DNA of 59,059 nt from a virus (taxonomy: Duplodnaviria > Caudoviricetes). Where the stretch lies: positions 1 to 59,059 of IMG/VR virus record IMGVR_UViG_3300036651_001467, one strand, 5' to 3'. Below, one piece after another: positions 56,012 through 59,059 of this stretch. The position numbers and the translations under genes were made by a program. Under the pieces are notes generated by a model. It worked only from the letters and a program-made list of their open reading frames with translations. It was not told the origin of the DNA and did not search any database. Position 1 is the stretch's first letter. Every line of letters starts with the position of its first letter.

Positions 56012-57014
56012 TGGCGTTTTTCTCCTGTGAAACGGGGAATAATCCGGTCCATCCGTTTGCGATTGACTGCGCTAACACCTCGGCGGGATCGTGGCCTAAG
56101 TCGCGCAGTTTCTTTAGTTTGGCGATGCAATACTGCGCCTGAGATGGCGATTTTATCGGCGCTCGCTTTGCCAACCTGGCCAACACGTAGTCCAGCCATG
56201 GCTCCATCGGCACCCAGTCGGGAATCGAGAACTCCGGTTCCACTCTTCCTGATTTAATTTCTTTCTTTCTTTCTTCTTCTTCTTCCTCTTCCTCTTCTAC
56301 CGATTGGTTTGGTGACACCTTGTCATTCACCTTTACTGTCTCCTTGTAGTTCCCCTTAAGGGGAGCCGCAAGGCGACCCCATGCGCCTAAAAGGGCGTCA
56401 TTCCCTTCCACGTCCAAGCTGAACCACTCACCCTGCGCCCACCGGGAAAGCGCTTGATGAATTTCCGCCTCCCGCGATCCCATGTCGGGGACGTAGGCCG
56501 TCTCCGCTAAAGTGATCGTGTCGCATGGAAACTGCTGGCGCACCTTCCATAGCCGTTTTGACGGATTCGCGCTAATGCCGATTTTCACGGCACCATCACT
56601 CGACCTAAGCATTTTGTAGATGAAGCCAGGCTTGTTGTAGCCACTCTTCAGCTTCGGGCTTCCACCCAGGCTGCCAACCTCCGAGCGAATCGCCCGCAGG
56701 CGCTCATCGCGCACCATCCGCCGGCTGTAGATGGTTCCGTCCTCCGTCCGGCTGAATACCGTCGCTGACTCAAGCTCGACCAGTAGCCGCTTAACCTCGC
56801 CCAATTGCGCCGCCACCATCAGCGCCAGCCGGTCAACTGGAACCGGCTTGCCGCCGACGCGCAGGTGGCCGTAGGGCGTCATACCGTGCATGAGACAGCA
56901 CATTTCGTGCCAGAGCCCACGCGCCGCAAGGGAGCACGATTGCAGATCGGTGTCACCGCGCCAGTCGCTTGGATACCATTGCAAGCTCGGCCTCTTGGTC
57001 TTGGCTGTAATCAT
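55914..57014 (-). CDS. Replication initiator with an inserted GIY-YIG (T5orf172-like) domain
   Basis: LQWYPSDW...SLAARGLW N-terminus; GFIY...VKIGIS.NP.KRL...EAEIH...GEWF; C-terminal QSIANGWTGLF. Confidence 0.78.
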   Translation of the reverse strand: MITAKTKRPSLQWYPSDWRGDTDLQSCSLAARGLWHEMCCLMHGMTPYGHLRVGGKPVPVDRLALMVAAQLGEVKRLLVELESATVFSRTEDGTIYSRRMVRDERLRAIRSEVGSLGGSPKLKSGYNKPGFIYKMLRSSDGAVKIGISANPSKRLWKVRQQFPCDTITLAETAYVPDMGSREAEIHQALSRWAQGEWFSLDVEGNDALLGAWGRLAAPLKGNYKETVKVNDKVSPNQSVEEEEEEEEERKKEIKSGRVEPEFSIPDWVPMEPWLDYVLARLAKRAPIKSPSQAQYCIAKLKKLRDLGHDPAEVLAQSIANGWTGLFPVSQEKNANGKPTIAEQTRRNAAIALERHEARAANLGGAE

Positions 57015-57340
57015 CGGTATTTGCCCCTAACCGCATCGCTGGCCCGCTCCCACTTCTCCCGGCTCTCCATGCGAGCCAGGCAATCACCGACGGATCGCGA
57101 TTCGGACAGTGCCTCGGCCTGCTGTCGCTCGATACCAGTTTTCAGCCGCTCCGTGGACCGTGGCGCGTCCGCTGGATTCGCCCACGGGTGCAACCTCTCC
57201 GCGCCACAATCCGGGCACCGTAGGCCCATTGCACCATTGATTCGATAGGCAACTTCGCGGGGGTGGCGGCAACGGAAGGCGACGGCCAGACCGTAGAGCA
57301 GTAGGCCGCCGGGGAGGATGAGAAGGATTAGGCGTGGCAT
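57011..57340 (-). CDS. Membrane-anchored hypothetical protein
   Basis: RBS AGGAGG; TM helix plus CPDCG. Confidence 0.55.
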   Translation of the reverse strand: MPRLILLILPGGLLLYGLAVAFRCRHPREVAYRINGAMGLRCPDCGAERLHPWANPADAPRSTERLKTGIERQQAEALSESRSVGDCLARMESREKWERASDAVRGKYR

Positions 57341-57383
57341 GATGCCTCCTGGTTTAGCGGGCGGTCCACGGCGCGGATGGTCC

Positions 57384-57701
57384 TCATGCCCCGCCCTCCG
57401 TCGTCGCGGCTGACTGCTCCAATGCTTCACGGCGTCCAGCGCGGTAACCCATCGCCAGCCCGCTAGATAACGCTCGGTCCACGGCTTCACGCGCATTGGC
57501 ACTTGTGGCGGCGATGCGGATCACGGTCACCCGTAAAACCGGGTGCAACATCGCGGCGGCAATCAAATCGACTTCTTCATTCGCGTTGTCATTGGCGATA
57601 TCGCGCATAGCTGCCTCAATGCCGCGTATCGCGTCTCGCACTAGTTGTGGCGCATCGGTGTGCAGCAGGGCGTTTATCTCAGCCTGTTGAGCCTCGGTCA
57701 T
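57384..57701 (-). CDS. Hypothetical protein
   Basis: ATGA overlap with the ASCH-like gene stop. Confidence 0.6.
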   Translation of the reverse strand: MTEAQQAEINALLHTDAPQLVRDAIRGIEAAMRDIANDNANEEVDLIAAAMLHPVLRVTVIRIAATSANAREAVDRALSSGLAMGYRAGRREALEQSAATTEGGA

Positions 57702-58156
57702 GCCTGCACCCGTTTGAACGCAATCACCCAAACCCACTGGTTGCTCCGCCAGGCGTTGGGACCGTGAATGGTGTTCCAGAGATTCATAAAAGCGTGTCGC
57801 AAACTATGCGTCGTCATATACCCAGGTCCAGGAGGGTCGGTCAGGCGACATCCTTCGGCAGCCGCATCCGCCTCGCTTATGTCCTGCAACTGCTCGACGC
57901 GCACCTGCTCGATCTCCAGCGTGATTCGACTGGCGTGGCGGGGCATCTGGACGGAAGGACGCCACTTAAACACGCCGCCCCCGGCGCTCGGGTCGGTGGC
58001 GCGGTAGAAATAGTGAGGCTTTGCCCCGAGCATAAATTCGGAATCTGTGCCGATGTATTTCTCGCGGGAGTCGGCCCCCTTGGAGAACATGAAAGTCTCG
58101 CGCACCCAAAGTCGATCTCCGGCCACGCCGAAGGGGCAAGCAATATCCATCACAAC
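57698..58156 (-). pseudogene. ASCH-like phage protein, C-terminal fragment
   Basis: CPFGVAGDRLWVRETF...WRPSVQMPRHASRITLEI...LQDISEADAAAEG...NQWVWVIAF. Confidence 0.88.
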
Positions 58157-58204
58157 GGTAAAAATATACTTGACACACTGGCCCACAAGGGGTAGTCTGG
58201 ATTC

Positions 58205-59059
58205 ATGGTGAACATGAAAGCCCCGAAAACCTTGCAGCAAGCGGTGGTCATGTTCTCGAATCCCGATGATGCCTTGGCTTACGCCATCAAGTTGCGGTGG
58301 CCGGAAGGCGTGACGTGTCCGCGTTGCGGCTCGAAAGAAAGCCGCTTCGTCAAGACGCGCCGTCTGTGGTTCTGCAAGGGCTGCCAGAAGCAATTCACCA
58401 TCAAGGTGGGTACGATCTTCGAGGATTCCGCCGTGGACATCGGCAAGTGGATGATCGCTTACTGGATGCTGCTGAACTGCAAGAATGGCGTCTCCAGCTA
58501 TGAGGTCGCCAAAGCGATTGGCGTTACCCAGAAGACGGCGTGGTTCATCCTGCATCGGCTCCGGCTGGCGATGCAGGACACCGCCCACGGCGGCGGCAAG
58601 CTCGGTGGCCCCGGCAGCCGCGTAGAAGTGGACGAAACCTTTATCGGCGGCAAGGCTCGCAACATGCACGTCCGCAAGCGCATGGCGTTGGGTAAGATGA
58701 CTGGCGGCGAAGGCAAAACTGTTGTGCTTGGGATGCTCGAACGTGGCGGCAAGGTTCGCACGCGGGTTGTTCCCAACCGCGAAGGCGTAACGCTTCAGCC
58801 CATCATCCGTGAGCACGTCAAGGGCGGCGCAAAGATCATGTCCGATGAGCACGCGGGCTACAACGGTTTGGAGGATGAGTTTTTGCGGGGCGTGGTCAAC
58901 CACGCCGTTACCTACGTAGACGGGCAGGTTCACACCAACGGCATGGAGAACTACTGGAGCCTTGTGAAGCGCGGTTTGAACGGCACCTACGTTGCGGTCG
59001 AGCCGTTCCACCTGTTCCGCTACCTGGATGAGCAGGCATTCCGCTACAACAATCGCAAG
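58205..59059 (+). CDS. tnpA: IS1595/ISXO2-like transposase (continues to 251 across the junction; absent from the ORF track)
   Basis: LRWPEGVTCPRCGS...CKGC zinc ribbon, HTH GVTQKTAWFILHRLR, EVDETFIGG, IMSDE, VNH. Confidence 0.93.
   Translation, partial: MVNMKAPKTLQQAVVMFSNPDDALAYAIKLRWPEGVTCPRCGSKESRFVKTRRLWFCKGCQKQFTIKVGTIFEDSAVDIGKWMIAYWMLLNCKNGVSSYEVAKAIGVTQKTAWFILHRLRLAMQDTAHGGGKLGGPGSRVEVDETFIGGKARNMHVRKRMALGKMTGGEGKTVVLGMLERGGKVRTRVVPNREGVTLQPIIREHVKGGAKIMSDEHAGYNGLEDEFLRGVVNHAVTYVDGQVHTNGMENYWSLVKRGLNGTYVAVEPFHLFRYLDEQAFRYNNRK
58934..59059. repeat. Terminal direct repeat, right copy
   Basis: Identical to 3-128. Confidence 0.97.

Larger units (their letters stand above)
58157..59059 (+). 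mobile_element. IS1595-family element, left part
   Basis: IRL 58157-58195 is preceded by TSD ATCACAAC. It contains TTGACA (58170)-N17-TAGTCT (58193) just before ATG 58205. Confidence 0.93.

Noticed and set aside
56265-56298. Purine/pyrimidine-skewed (TTC)n-like tract
   Set aside because: It encodes the EEEEEEEEERKK linker typical of phage initiators. It could border the origin, but no iterons were confidently identified.
1-59059. CRISPR array, DGR (reverse transcriptase with TR/VR), rRNA
   Set aside because: No regularly spaced repeats or RT motifs were seen by eye. The duplicated peptides differ at all base types rather than only at adenines.

Overview
This window is an apparently complete, circular ~58.9-kb genome of a temperate, podovirus-like tailed phage. 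Positions 3-128 repeat exactly at 58934-59059. The host is unknown; a soil Gram-negative such as Acidobacteriota is a guess only. Modules present: recombination (RecE-like nuclease, Sak4-like ATPase, RusA, HNH); a divergent ribbon-helix-helix repressor switch; a short rightward accessory/lysogeny block; and a long leftward late operon (portal, scaffold, capsid, adaptor, nozzle, ejection proteins, GH108 lysis cassette, then TerS and a TerL with two inteins). Also present are an early DUF3560 unit, an SNF2-helicase/methyltransferase fusion, a tyrosine integrase with an intact attP (3' half of tRNA-Gly(CCC)) and a replication initiator. An IS1595-family element with cargo spans the contig junction and splits an ASCH-like gene; it has 39-bp IRs and an 8-bp TSD. 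The most notable observations are four. (1) A two-TM membrane protein in the lysogeny block carries, in its loop, a copy of the GIDWxxVAxG motif repeated at the N-terminus of the phage's own ejection protein, making it a candidate superinfection-exclusion decoy. (2) A 334-aa protein ends in a 31-aa copy (19/31 identical) of a major-capsid segment. (3) The phage encodes a circularly permuted (two-piece) tmRNA with only a 6-nt spacer, next to RRM and GroES genes. (4) Four fibre/decoration-like late proteins have Sec signal peptides and Cys pairs. Functional interpretations are inferences; no database searches were run.
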